Positions 41,595 to 50,989 of a DNA stretch of 64,000 bases are shown in pieces. The first letter of the stretch is position 1. Each line of letters begins with the position of its first letter. The position numbers and the translations under genes were made by a program. The notes under the pieces are model-generated. The model was not told where the DNA came from. It ran no database searches and saw only the letters and a program-made list of their open reading frames with translations. This DNA comes from Nostoc sp. DedSLP01 (GTDB taxonomy: Bacteria > Cyanobacteriota > Cyanobacteriia > Cyanobacteriales > Nostocaceae), in contig JAVRCJ020000007.1 in assembly GCA_034530875.2 (NCBI GenBank), positions 1-64,000 on the forward strand. The letters run 5' to 3'.

Positions 41595-44500
41595 TCACTC
41601 TGCCTCACCAATGAGGGTAAATGCTGCCCAATCTTTGGGATTTGGATGATTTTTCATAGTCGTCAGCATTGCCTGTCTTAATGCTTGAGCTTTATCCAGT
41701 TTGCGTGAAAGCCAGTTGCGATAAAATTCACTCATCAACTGAGCCGTAGGTGCATCAGGTACTGACCACAAGGAAACAATCACACTGGGTGTACCAGCCG
41801 TAATCAAGGAACGCGATAGACCAATTACACCATCACCTGTGATTTTACCCCGCCCAGTATCGCAAGCACTCAAGACAATTAACTCTGCATTGAGGTTCAA
41901 GTCTAAAATTTCATTAGCCGTAAGTAAACCATCGTTGAGTTCACCATTGCCAGATGGAGCAAGTGCGATCGCTCCTGGTACGCCTAATCCTTTAAAATCA
42001 TCTAATAACCCATGTGTTGCTAAATGAATAATCCTCGCTTGCGATAGCTTGGGCAAGATTTTAGCTTTTATGGCTTGATTACCTGTAAATGCCTTAGTTT
42101 TAAATAGTTTGGCAATTTCTTTTGCTTCCTGTTCTGCTGCTGGTAAGTTAGACAACTGCTGAGGTAAATCGCCAAGTTTTGTGGTGACTTTAGGCATAGT
42201 GGGATTACCAATAACCAATGCTGCTTGCAAATCTGCGGGCTTTGGTTTGAGGCTTTGTTGATGGGTTAAATCTAAAACTTGAATTGCAGGTGCAGTGAGA
42301 ATTGTATGCTTTTCAATCAAATATTTACCGTTAGCATCTTGTAAGGCGGGAAAGGGAACTAGAAACAATTGACCTTGAGGAATGAAGATAACATGAGAGT
42401 CTGGATCTTGAGGGAGGAGATCGGCGATGGGATCGATCAGTAATTTGTGTAGTTGCTGTGATCGTTTTTTCTGGTCTGCTGCATCAACTACAGGCTCTAT
42501 CTCAATGCTTGCACGTCCTCTAGCACCAATGGAGTCACGACTGCTAGTAACAAGTTTTGCTAGAGAGGTGTTTAAAGATTTTTTGAGGTCAATTGAGCGA
42601 AACTTTACCTCACCTGTAGGCTGGATGACCCAAATGTAGAGGTCTTCATCGGAAACAATAGAGTATTCAACTACAGAGGCATTTTGCATTAAAGCAATTT
42701 GTTTGATTTGCTCAAGATTAACGATGAATTTTTTTTGCAGAGATTCAGGATTCTGCTTTTGAAGATCGGGGGATAACCGGGATGCTAATAACTCAATAAA
42801 TGCTTTTGCTCGTCCCCTTTCAGCTACTTCTAGCGCCTGATTAGTTTTTTGTTGAGCAACCAAAGCCCTTTGCAGGTTTCGGTAAGTGGATTCTTGAGTA
42901 TCAAAGATGGAAATTTTATTTTGATCGTTTAATCCAGGTCGCAAAGATTCCCAAATTTCAACAGACTCTTGTAGGTTTTTTTCAGCATCGGCATACTGTT
43001 TCAAATTATAGTAAGTCATGCCAGTATTGTTAAGAGTATTGCCTTCACCTGAACGATCGCCGATTTGTTTAAAAATGGCTAAAGCTTGCTGATAGCATTC
43101 CAAGGCTTTGGGGTACTGTCCCAGATTGTCGTAAATCAAGCCAATGTTGTTGAGGATAGTGCCTTCATCTGAACGCTCACCGATTTGTCTGATAATGACT
43201 AATGCTTGCTGATAGTATTCCAAAGCTTTTGGGTACTGTCCTAGACTGTAGTCAATTCCGCCGATGTTGTTGAGGATAGCGCCTTCACCTGAACGATCAC
43301 CAATTTGTTGACGAATGGCTAAAGCTTGCTGATAGTAATCCAAGGCTTTGGGGTACTGTCCCAGGCTGTGGTAAATTCCGCCAATGTTGTTGAAGGTAGT
43401 GCCAACGCCTGAACGATCGCCGATTTGTTGACGAATGGCTAAAGCTCGCTGATGGGATTCCAAGGCTTTGGGGTACTGTCCCAGATTGTGGTAAATCAAG
43501 CCAATGTTATTGAGCGTAGTGCCTTCACCTAAGCGATCGCCGATTTGTTGACGAATGGCTAAAGCTCGCTGATGGGATTCCAAGGCTTTGGGGTACTGTC
43601 CAAGGCTATCGTAAATCAAGCCAATGTTGTTGAGCGTAGTGCCTTCACCTAAGCGATCGCCAATTTGTTGACGAATGGCTAAAGCTTGCTGATAGTAATC
43701 CAAAGCTTTGGGGTACTGTCCCAGATTGTTGTAAATTCCGCCAATGTTATTGAGTGTAGTGCCTTCACCTAAGCGATCGCCAATTTGTTTAAAAATGGCT
43801 AAAGCTTGCTGATAGTGATCCAAGGCTTTGGGGTACTGTTTCAGATTGTCGTAAATTCCGCCAATATTGTTGAGGGTAGCACTTTCACCTGAATGATCGC
43901 CGATTTGTTTAAAAATGGCTAAAGCTTGCTGATAGTATTCCAAGGCTTTGGGGTACTGTCCCAGACGGGAGTAGATTCCGCCAACGTTGTTGAGTGTAAT
44001 GCCTTCACCTAAGCGATCGCCAATTTGTTGACGAATGGCTAAAGCTCGCTGATAGTATTCCAAGGCTTTGGGGTACTGTCCCAAACGGGAGTAAATCAAG
44101 CCAATGTTGTTGAGGGTAGTGCCTTCACCTGAGCGATTGCCGATTTGTTTAAAAATGACTAATGCTTGCTGATAGTACTGCAAGGCTTTGGGATACTGAC
44201 TTAAGTTGCTGTAAGATACGCCAATATCGTTGAGCGTTCTAACTTCTTGAGTGCGATCGCCTACTTCCCTCCAAATTACCAAAGCTTGTTGATAAAACTC
44301 CACCGCTTGGGAAAACTCAGCCTGACCATAGTAAATATTACCAATATTGTAGAGAGTAACACCTTCACTCTTGCGGTCTTTAGCTTGTAGATATAAAGCC
44401 AAAGCTTTTTTAAATGCCTCTAGTGCTGTTTGAAACTGTCTTTGCTCTAATTTTTGTTTACCCTCTATTAGCAGTCTATCTGCCTCATCTTTCTGATTTT

Positions 44501-44627
44501 CAGCAGTTTGTGCCTGTGTCAAAATCTGATTGACAAAGATTGCGTTTGCTGGTGTGCCTCCCAAAGTTGTGAAGCACAAAAGCAGGCTGGCACAAAATAG
44601 ACTGAAGCGATCGCGGTCTAAAAGCAT
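41595..44627 (-). CDS. Exported TPR-CHAT protease
   Basis: Signal-like N-terminus, about 13 TPR units, IHLATHG / VLSACDTG, WAAFTLIG. Confidence 0.92.
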   Translation of the reverse strand: MLLDRDRFSLFCASLLLCFTTLGGTPANAIFVNQILTQAQTAENQKDEADRLLIEGKQKLEQRQFQTALEAFKKALALYLQAKDRKSEGVTLYNIGNIYYGQAEFSQAVEFYQQALVIWREVGDRTQEVRTLNDIGVSYSNLSQYPKALQYYQQALVIFKQIGNRSGEGTTLNNIGLIYSRLGQYPKALEYYQRALAIRQQIGDRLGEGITLNNVGGIYSRLGQYPKALEYYQQALAIFKQIGDHSGESATLNNIGGIYDNLKQYPKALDHYQQALAIFKQIGDRLGEGTTLNNIGGIYNNLGQYPKALDYYQQALAIRQQIGDRLGEGTTLNNIGLIYDSLGQYPKALESHQRALAIRQQIGDRLGEGTTLNNIGLIYHNLGQYPKALESHQRALAIRQQIGDRSGVGTTFNNIGGIYHSLGQYPKALDYYQQALAIRQQIGDRSGEGAILNNIGGIDYSLGQYPKALEYYQQALVIIRQIGERSDEGTILNNIGLIYDNLGQYPKALECYQQALAIFKQIGDRSGEGNTLNNTGMTYYNLKQYADAEKNLQESVEIWESLRPGLNDQNKISIFDTQESTYRNLQRALVAQQKTNQALEVAERGRAKAFIELLASRLSPDLQKQNPESLQKKFIVNLEQIKQIALMQNASVVEYSIVSDEDLYIWVIQPTGEVKFRSIDLKKSLNTSLAKLVTSSRDSIGARGRASIEIEPVVDAADQKKRSQQLHKLLIDPIADLLPQDPDSHVIFIPQGQLFLVPFPALQDANGKYLIEKHTILTAPAIQVLDLTHQQSLKPKPADLQAALVIGNPTMPKVTTKLGDLPQQLSNLPAAEQEAKEIAKLFKTKAFTGNQAIKAKILPKLSQARIIHLATHGLLDDFKGLGVPGAIALAPSGNGELNDGLLTANEILDLNLNAELIVLSACDTGRGKITGDGVIGLSRSLITAGTPSVIVSLWSVPDAPTAQLMSEFYRNWLSRKLDKAQALRQAMLTTMKNHPNPKDWAAFTLIGEAE
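43021..44240. repeat. 120-bp tandem repeat (about 10 near-identical TPR units)
   Basis: Period-120 recurrence of AAAGCTTGCTGATAGTA.TCCAAGGCTTTGGGGTACTGTCCCAG. Confidence 0.9.
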
Positions 44628-44837
44628 ATAGCCGTTTTCATTTACATTAAATACTGAATATATTACGCTCTTTCAGTTGAAAAACCCTATTTTTCAGGCT
44701 ATAGTAAGATTTTTAGATAAAACAAGGTTAAACAAAGCATAGATTAATTGTTGCAAGCCAATGCATTAATAATGTAAGGTGATGCATTAGCATTGTGTCA
44801 GGCGATGTATTGGCATTGCATGAGGTTGCGTTCTGGA

Positions 44838-47756
44838 CTACAATCCATTGCCAATTAAAATAAACGGTGCCCAATAGTAAGGATGACTTAGGCGATCGCT
44901 TACATTTGATGGTAAGGCTTCTATTTCAATACTATTCCCGCGTTGTTTACCTTTAGTATTTTTGCTAGTATTAATCAAAGCTATTTGTGCCTGTCTTAAA
45001 GCTTCGGTTTTGGTGAGATTTCCTAGTTTCAGCTTGGCATAAAATACATCCATTAAAGCTTGAGTACCACCATCATTAACTGACCACAAAGAAGCAACAG
45101 CAGCTCTTGCACCAGCGTTTTGCATCAAGTAGCCAAAGCCTAAAATCTCTTCGCCATTGCCTAATGTTCCACCTAATCCAGTTTCGCAGGCGCTCAACAC
45201 CATTAAATCAACGTTGGTTAAAAACCAAGTGTTTTGGATGTCTCGCAGAGTTACTCTGTCGCCATTTCCAAATAAAATAAATGAATCTTCTGGTAAACCC
45301 GGAACAAAAGCCGCATGAGTCGCAAAATGTACCACAGAGTTTTGATTCATTTGGGGAATTGTAGCGGTTGTGCTAAAGTCTTTATCTAACAGTTTGGTTG
45401 TGCCAGAAATAGCTGCTTCCAGACTGGCAACTTCTTTAGCAGCAAATGGTAATCCAGTCAACTTAAAGTGTTGATTACCTACTTGAAATTCATAATGCCC
45501 TTGAGTAAAAGCACCTGCCAAAACTTTTAGATGTGCTTGCGGTTTTGTAGTAAAGTCAGTTAAAGATGCAGCAGTGATATTATTTACTCGCAAACGTTCT
45601 ACTAACCATTGTTTGCCATCGTACAAAGCTGCTAAAGGAATGTAGCGCAATTGCCCATCGGGAGCATAAATAATAGTTTTAGCATCTGCTTTTTGCAAGT
45701 CATTTTCTAGAGGTTTGATTAACCAATCATATAGTTGCTTTGCTGGCTGTTTTGCATCACTATTTGGGTTTTGCAAAGCACTGCGGAAGTTAACAATTGC
45801 TTGGTTCAAATCTTGCCGTTTGACAGCTACAGTCCGCCGGATGGGTGGCGATCCTGGTGTTGCTAAAATTAGTTCTAAACGGTCTTCGAGAATTAAAGGA
45901 TAAAGCAGGACGGCGTTTTGTTCTAATCGTTTGAGGTTGTCAGCAATGTTTCTCAATCGTTGCAAACTTACGTTTTGGTCTTTAGCAGTTTGGCGTAATT
46001 GTTGGATATAAGCAACCACATCTGCACGATGGGTAAATTCTTCAAACATTTTGACGATTTGTCCTTGCTGGGTTGTGAGTTGAGCAAAACGTTGTTTTTG
46101 TGTAGAAGTTTGTTGAGCATAAGGAATTTTTTGTAGTTCGGTAAGTTCCTTGCCGATTTCAATCGCTTGATTTAAAAGCTGATTGTAGCTGTCGGTAATT
46201 TTTTGTTCTGGCGGTAAATTATCTACTCCCTGTTGTGTCTGCTGATTACCCCGGACATTGCGGAGGTATTCTTGTAATTCTTGTACTTTCAATAAATCTA
46301 AAACTTGTTGTGCCTCAAGTACCCGGTCTTTTTGCAGTAACAAGTCAGCAAGACGGCGATAGGTGTCAGCAACAGTTTTTGTATATGATTCCTGTTGTTC
46401 TTTGGGTAGTACTCGCAAATCTTGCCGAATCTTTTCTGTGACGTTCACAGATTGCTTAAAGAAAACAATCGCCAGTTCAGGCTGTTTCTGTGCATCTAAG
46501 AGAAAACCAATATTACTGAGGTTAGTGCCTTCGCCAGAGCGATCGCCGATTTGTTTAATAATCGCTAAAGCTTGCTGATAGTACTCCAAGGCTTTCGGGT
46601 ACTGTCCCAGACGGTAGTAAATTCCGCCAATGTTGTTGAGGCTACCGCCTTCACCAGAGCGATCGCCAATTTGTTTAAAAATGGCTAAAGCTTGCTGAGA
46701 GTAATCCAAGGCTTTGAGGTACTGTCCCAGTCTGCTGTAAATTACACCAATGTTGTCGAGGGTAGTGCCTTCACCAGAGAGATTGCCGATTTGTTTAATA
46801 ATCGCTAAAGCTTGCTGATAGTAATCCAAAGCTTTGAGGTACTGTCCCAGACGGGAGTAAATAAAGCCAATGTTGTTGAGGGTAGCGCCTTCATTAGAGA
46901 GATCGCCGATTTGTTTAAAAATGGCTAAAGCTTGCTGAGAGTAATCCAAGGCTTTGGGGTACTCTCCCAGTTTGTTGTAAATTACACCAATGTTGTCGAG
47001 GGTAGTGCCTTCATTAGAGAGATTGCCGATTTGTTTAAAAATGGCTAAAGCTTGCTGATAGTACTCCAAGGCTTTCGGATACTGTCCCAGACTGGAGTAA
47101 ATAAAGCCAATATTGTTGAGGGTAGTCCCTTCAGTTGAGCGATCGCCGATTTGTTTAATAATGGCTAAAGCTTGCTGATAGTACTTCAATGCTTTCGGGT
47201 ACTGTCCGAGACGGGAGTAAATTCCGCCAATGTTGTTGAGGGTAGTGCTTTCGCCAGAGCGATCGCCGATTTGTTGACGAATGGCTAAAGCTTGCTGAAA
47301 GTACTCCAAGGCTTTGGGGTACTGGCTTAAGTTGCTGTAAGATATGCCAATATTGTTGAGTGTTGTAGCTTCTTGAGTGCGATCGCCCATTTCCCTGCAA
47401 ATTACTAAAGCTTGTTCATAAAAAGCGATCGCTTGAGAAAATCTAGCTTGATAGTAGTAGACATTGCCAATACTGTAGAGTGTATCGCCTTCACCTTTGC
47501 GGTCTTTAGCTTGCCGATATAAAGCCAAAGCTTTTTCAAATGCTTCTAGTGCTGCTGGAAATTGATTTTGCTCTAGTTTTTGTTTACCGTCTTTCAGCAG
47601 TCTGTCTGCCTCATCCTTCTGATTTTGAGTAGTTTGTGCTTGTGCCAAAGTCAAGTTTGCAACAACCGCAACGGCTTTGAGTTCTCCTGTGACAGCAAAT
47701 GACAACAGCACAGTTACAATCATAACTCTCAAGCGAGCAACACTACTTAGAAGCAT
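44838..47756 (-). CDS. Exported TPR-CHAT protease with coiled-coil insertion
   Basis: Signal-like N-terminus, TPR array, VHFATHA / VLSACETG, HPYYWAPFILIGNGL. Confidence 0.92.
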   Translation of the reverse strand: MLLSSVARLRVMIVTVLLSFAVTGELKAVAVVANLTLAQAQTTQNQKDEADRLLKDGKQKLEQNQFPAALEAFEKALALYRQAKDRKGEGDTLYSIGNVYYYQARFSQAIAFYEQALVICREMGDRTQEATTLNNIGISYSNLSQYPKALEYFQQALAIRQQIGDRSGESTTLNNIGGIYSRLGQYPKALKYYQQALAIIKQIGDRSTEGTTLNNIGFIYSSLGQYPKALEYYQQALAIFKQIGNLSNEGTTLDNIGVIYNKLGEYPKALDYSQQALAIFKQIGDLSNEGATLNNIGFIYSRLGQYLKALDYYQQALAIIKQIGNLSGEGTTLDNIGVIYSRLGQYLKALDYSQQALAIFKQIGDRSGEGGSLNNIGGIYYRLGQYPKALEYYQQALAIIKQIGDRSGEGTNLSNIGFLLDAQKQPELAIVFFKQSVNVTEKIRQDLRVLPKEQQESYTKTVADTYRRLADLLLQKDRVLEAQQVLDLLKVQELQEYLRNVRGNQQTQQGVDNLPPEQKITDSYNQLLNQAIEIGKELTELQKIPYAQQTSTQKQRFAQLTTQQGQIVKMFEEFTHRADVVAYIQQLRQTAKDQNVSLQRLRNIADNLKRLEQNAVLLYPLILEDRLELILATPGSPPIRRTVAVKRQDLNQAIVNFRSALQNPNSDAKQPAKQLYDWLIKPLENDLQKADAKTIIYAPDGQLRYIPLAALYDGKQWLVERLRVNNITAASLTDFTTKPQAHLKVLAGAFTQGHYEFQVGNQHFKLTGLPFAAKEVASLEAAISGTTKLLDKDFSTTATIPQMNQNSVVHFATHAAFVPGLPEDSFILFGNGDRVTLRDIQNTWFLTNVDLMVLSACETGLGGTLGNGEEILGFGYLMQNAGARAAVASLWSVNDGGTQALMDVFYAKLKLGNLTKTEALRQAQIALINTSKNTKGKQRGNSIEIEALPSNVSDRLSHPYYWAPFILIGNGL
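46520..47400. repeat. 120-bp tandem repeat (about 7 TPR units)
   Basis: Period-120 recurrence of ATGGCTAAAGCTTGCTGA..GTA.TCCAAGGCTTT. Confidence 0.88.
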
Positions 47757-47974
47757 ATTGTCAACTCGATTATTTTACATAACCGCAAATTCCATTAAAT
47801 AGATACTATATTTCGCTGAAAGTTTACGGAAATTTATTCAATCAGCTTCTAATTCGGTATTTCTTGCTAAACCACATCATAAAAATCTATCTGTGAGCGA
47901 TAAAAACAAACATCAAATTCCATGAAAAAATTGACTTGCTCTCAAATCAGGACAAGCAGCTACCCATCTACGCC

Positions 47975-48151
47975 TCATTTACCCTTCTCCTGAGTTGGCG
48001 AAATTATCCCTTCTGCCTGCGCTTGCTTAACTGCTCGTTTCAGAATTAACGCCGCCATTTGTGACAAAGAACGCTCTTCTGCATCTGCAAGTTGTTGCAG
48101 AGCTTCTTTGTCTTCTTCTTCCATATAAATACTTACTACAACTTTCCCCAT
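47975..48151 (-). CDS. Ribbon-helix-helix (CopG-like) protein, 58 aa, not in the ORF track
   Basis: MGKVVVSIYMEEEDKEALQQLADAEERSLSQMAALILKRAVKQAQAEGIISPTQEKGK. Confidence 0.75.
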   Translation of the reverse strand: MGKVVVSIYMEEEDKEALQQLADAEERSLSQMAALILKRAVKQAQAEGIISPTQEKGK

Positions 48152-48323
48152 GTGACTATCTTATGCTTTTCTATGTTTTTTTATATTAAATCACTAAAAA
48201 CAAATAAATTTACATAAAACTACATAATATTTATGTATAATTACTGATAAGTCAAAAGCCAGCGCTCAACTTTCTCAGGGCCGACGCTGACTTTTGGCTC
48301 CCTCTATACAGGAGACATATTCC

Positions 48324-48866
48324 ATGTTAAAGCCTGTTTGCGACAAAACAGATGAAGAAAGAGGCTATCACCAAGCCTTAAATGACTTCGGTATTGCTGA
48401 ACTATTGGCAAAACTTGGCGATTATTGCCAGCAGCCAGAACAAGAAAGTTTAGCAGCACTGTTGATTTCTCAACTAACCCAGAGTATCGATACTGAACTG
48501 ATTGCTAATTATTTGACTGCGATGGGCTATGCGTCACTGGAAGCGATCGCGCTCAATCATCAGCATCCACTCCCAGGATTAATTAACCAGAAATTTACTC
48601 CAGAGTCTGTTAATTTACCCGATAATTTTCCGAATACAGCGAAGACACCCCGCTTTTTGTATGGCGATAAATTACGCTGGCTGAGTTTTGATACCGACTG
48701 GGGAATAGTTATTGGCAGATTTTACAGCTTTGCTCCGCATCTTTGTTGCTGGAGTTGGTGTTACCTAATTTGGTTAAGCAAAGACAGTCCCAGTGCAGCT
48801 TGGATATCTGCCGATATCGCTTGGGAAGAGGATCTAGAACCACTGGAAGGAGAACCAGTGTTATGA
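48324..48866 (+). CDS. Hypothetical protein with Trp-rich SH3-like C-terminus
   Basis: GGAG RBS before ATG 48324; PRFLYGDKLRW...WGIVIGR...WCYLIWL. Confidence 0.6.
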   Translation: MLKPVCDKTDEERGYHQALNDFGIAELLAKLGDYCQQPEQESLAALLISQLTQSIDTELIANYLTAMGYASLEAIALNHQHPLPGLINQKFTPESVNLPDNFPNTAKTPRFLYGDKLRWLSFDTDWGIVIGRFYSFAPHLCCWSWCYLIWLSKDSPSAAWISADIAWEEDLEPLEGEPVL

Positions 48867-49168
48867 CTAATCCCCGTCCTCTGGAAGCACGAGAGCAAAA
48901 TTTGATTGATTTTTACAGCGATTGTCAACTAGGAATGACCCCCAAGAAATTTTATGCCAAATGGGATGTTAATCATGAGGCGATCGCTCGGATTTGCTCT
49001 CGTTCACTTTCGACTGTTCGGCGCTGGTTCTGTAAAGGGCGCAACTACCATAGTCCGATGCCCTGTGATTTACGCCATCTTGCCTTGATGGATTTTCTAC
49101 TAGAACACTTCGAGGAAATTCCAGAAGAATTTCTGAAGATGCTTTGTTTTCCTAACCCAAGGAAGTAG
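48863..49168 (+). CDS. Helix-turn-helix protein
   Basis: HEAIARICSRSLSTVRRWF; ATGA overlap with the upstream gene. Confidence 0.7.
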   Translation: MTNPRPLEAREQNLIDFYSDCQLGMTPKKFYAKWDVNHEAIARICSRSLSTVRRWFCKGRNYHSPMPCDLRHLALMDFLLEHFEEIPEEFLKMLCFPNPRK

Positions 49169-49239
49169 GAATTGAAAAGTTGACGGTGAGCGAAGTCGAA
49201 CTGTCAACTAATTGCAATATCATCCTGACATTTTCTTAC

Positions 49240-49267
49240 CAGCCACTCTCACAGTAGGGTGGCTTTT
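49240..49267 (+). terminator. Hairpin / possible intrinsic terminator
   Basis: AGCCACTCT-CACAGT-AGGGTGGCT followed by a short T run. Confidence 0.4.
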
Positions 49268-49298
49268 ATCTATGACACAAGTATTTTGAGGAGTTATT

Positions 49299-49529
49299 TT
49301 GACCTACATTGAGAGATTAAGCCCTTGGTGTATAGTTCGCCATCTTCCTAATATGCAGCATCAAATTGTTGGACGTTTTCGCCGTCGCAGTGAGGCAGAA
49401 TCTCACACACAAGCACTGCGGCGGCTCATTCCCAGTGCAACTTTCACAATAATTTTTAATCCGGCAGTAGAACTGTCAGAGCAAATTACCCTACAGTTAG
49501 GTCATTTGGGAAATAAATTAAATTTGTAG
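49299..49529 (+). CDS. Small hypothetical protein
   Basis: GAGGAG RBS, TTG start; PWCIVR.LP.MQ...VGRFRRRSEAE pattern recalled from small cyanobacterial proteins. Confidence 0.55.
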   Translation: MTYIERLSPWCIVRHLPNMQHQIVGRFRRRSEAESHTQALRRLIPSATFTIIFNPAVELSEQITLQLGHLGNKLNL

Positions 49530-49647
49530 TGAGCCTGTTTGAGAGGATCTGACGCTCTTAACGTCGCTAACGCTAAGGCACTAAGGCATTTCAATTATTT
49601 GACAAAAAGCGATCGCTTTATAGTATTCGATTACATTGGCTTGTTAG

Positions 49648-50151
49648 TTAATAACGCTTCTGAGAGTTTGCCATCTCAGCAAAAGTCATAAAACACCTTT
49701 GACACCAACCATCCACCCATAACGCTGGAATCTTAAATCTTGCCCCACAGTTTGGACATTCTGACAGCAAGCTTAACTTGTGGCTCGCGCATCCCTGCGT
49801 TACCTTCAACAGCCATTCAATCTTGTGACATGGTGACTCAGTATAACAAGCAGCACATAACCGAATCGGCTCCATTTTCATTCCCACCCCAGCAGGTGGT
49901 AACATCTGCACTAACCTATCGACTTCAACACCCACTACAACAGCCAATGCTTCCAACTGCTGCTGAGAAGGAGGTGGATTAAACCGAAACTTTTCCCAAC
50001 GTGCGATCGCACCCCCAAGTCCTGCTGCTTTACCTAAGCCAGTTGGGGTTAAATCATTTGCCCGTCGAAAGCGCCCCAAAAAATGACTTAGGCTTTCTCC
50101 TTGATATGGTTGAACTTTAAACAGCCAAGGCTTAATATTTTCCACTTCCAT
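49648..50151 (-). CDS. tniQ: CAST TniQ
   Basis: PYQGESLSHFLGRFRRAN, RLCAAC, ECPNC..WCQRC zinc fingers; overlaps the tnsC stop. Confidence 0.95.
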   Translation of the reverse strand: MEVENIKPWLFKVQPYQGESLSHFLGRFRRANDLTPTGLGKAAGLGGAIARWEKFRFNPPPSQQQLEALAVVVGVEVDRLVQMLPPAGVGMKMEPIRLCAACYTESPCHKIEWLLKVTQGCASHKLSLLSECPNCGARFKIPALWVDGWCQRCFMTFAEMANSQKRY

Positions 50152-50987
50152 CACTTGTACTCAGCAGCTACTTCCTTCAAAGTTTCCAAGTCAATTTTTT
50201 GCAGTCCCTTTTTTAAAGCCCGGATTGCAGCCTCTCGGAGAATCATATCCATCAAACCGATATAACCTCCAGTTGCTTCCCCTAACGTCTTCAACATCGT
50301 CTTACTCGAAAGGTTGGAAGCAACTGGCAATCTTAGTATTTGCTTCTCCCAAATATCCACCGTTCGCTTAAAATCTTCCCCTGACATCTTTCCAAAACGG
50401 TGACAAGATCGAAAACGGTTATAAACCTGCTCATCCCGTTTAATCACGGCATCTAAGCGATCGGTTCCTACTAAAATCACTGCTATTTCCAACCTGTCAA
50501 AAATATCACGCACTTCCGCAAAAGTTTTGGGCTTAAAGCGGTCAGCTTCATCAATAATCAACATCTCTACCCCGCAACCTTTGAGAACCCGCAGTGTTCT
50601 ATCTCGAATTTCTGCCACTGTTCCTTTAGTTACTTGATATTTCAAATGCTCCATAATTACCCCAAATAATTCCTTAGCACCGCACTCCTGGGGAATTTGG
50701 ATATAAGCTACAGGTACAGTTGGGGGTTTTCCTGCAACTTGAGAGGGTTTATTCCTAAGCCTATAGGCATCACAACCCATTGTTTTACCTGTTCTCGACT
50801 CACCTACCACACGCCCAGATTGCCTTGATTGGCGCTTTCCTTCGAGCCAATCATGGAGCATTTGCACTTGTTCAAGTGGGACATAACCTTTACGATTTAA
50901 TCGTTGAATCTCCGCCTGTAATTTTTCACTATTAACAGGAATATCACCCAATTGTTGAGCAACTGTTTGAGCTTCTTGTAAAGTCAT
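50151..50987 (-). CDS. tnsC: CAST AAA+ ATPase TnsC (TniB family)
   Basis: GESRTGKT, LIIDEADR, DEQVYNRF. Confidence 0.96.
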   Translation of the reverse strand: MTLQEAQTVAQQLGDIPVNSEKLQAEIQRLNRKGYVPLEQVQMLHDWLEGKRQSRQSGRVVGESRTGKTMGCDAYRLRNKPSQVAGKPPTVPVAYIQIPQECGAKELFGVIMEHLKYQVTKGTVAEIRDRTLRVLKGCGVEMLIIDEADRFKPKTFAEVRDIFDRLEIAVILVGTDRLDAVIKRDEQVYNRFRSCHRFGKMSGEDFKRTVDIWEKQILRLPVASNLSSKTMLKTLGEATGGYIGLMDMILREAAIRALKKGLQKIDLETLKEVAAEYK

Positions 50988-50989
50988 TT

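Noticed and set aside
43021..47400. Regular tandem repeats as a possible CRISPR array
   Set aside because: 120-bp in-frame coding TPR units with no repeat-spacer structure
36552..47756. TPR-CHAT genes as Craspase (Csx29) components
   Set aside because: No type III-E effector in the window, and these proteins have export-like N-termini
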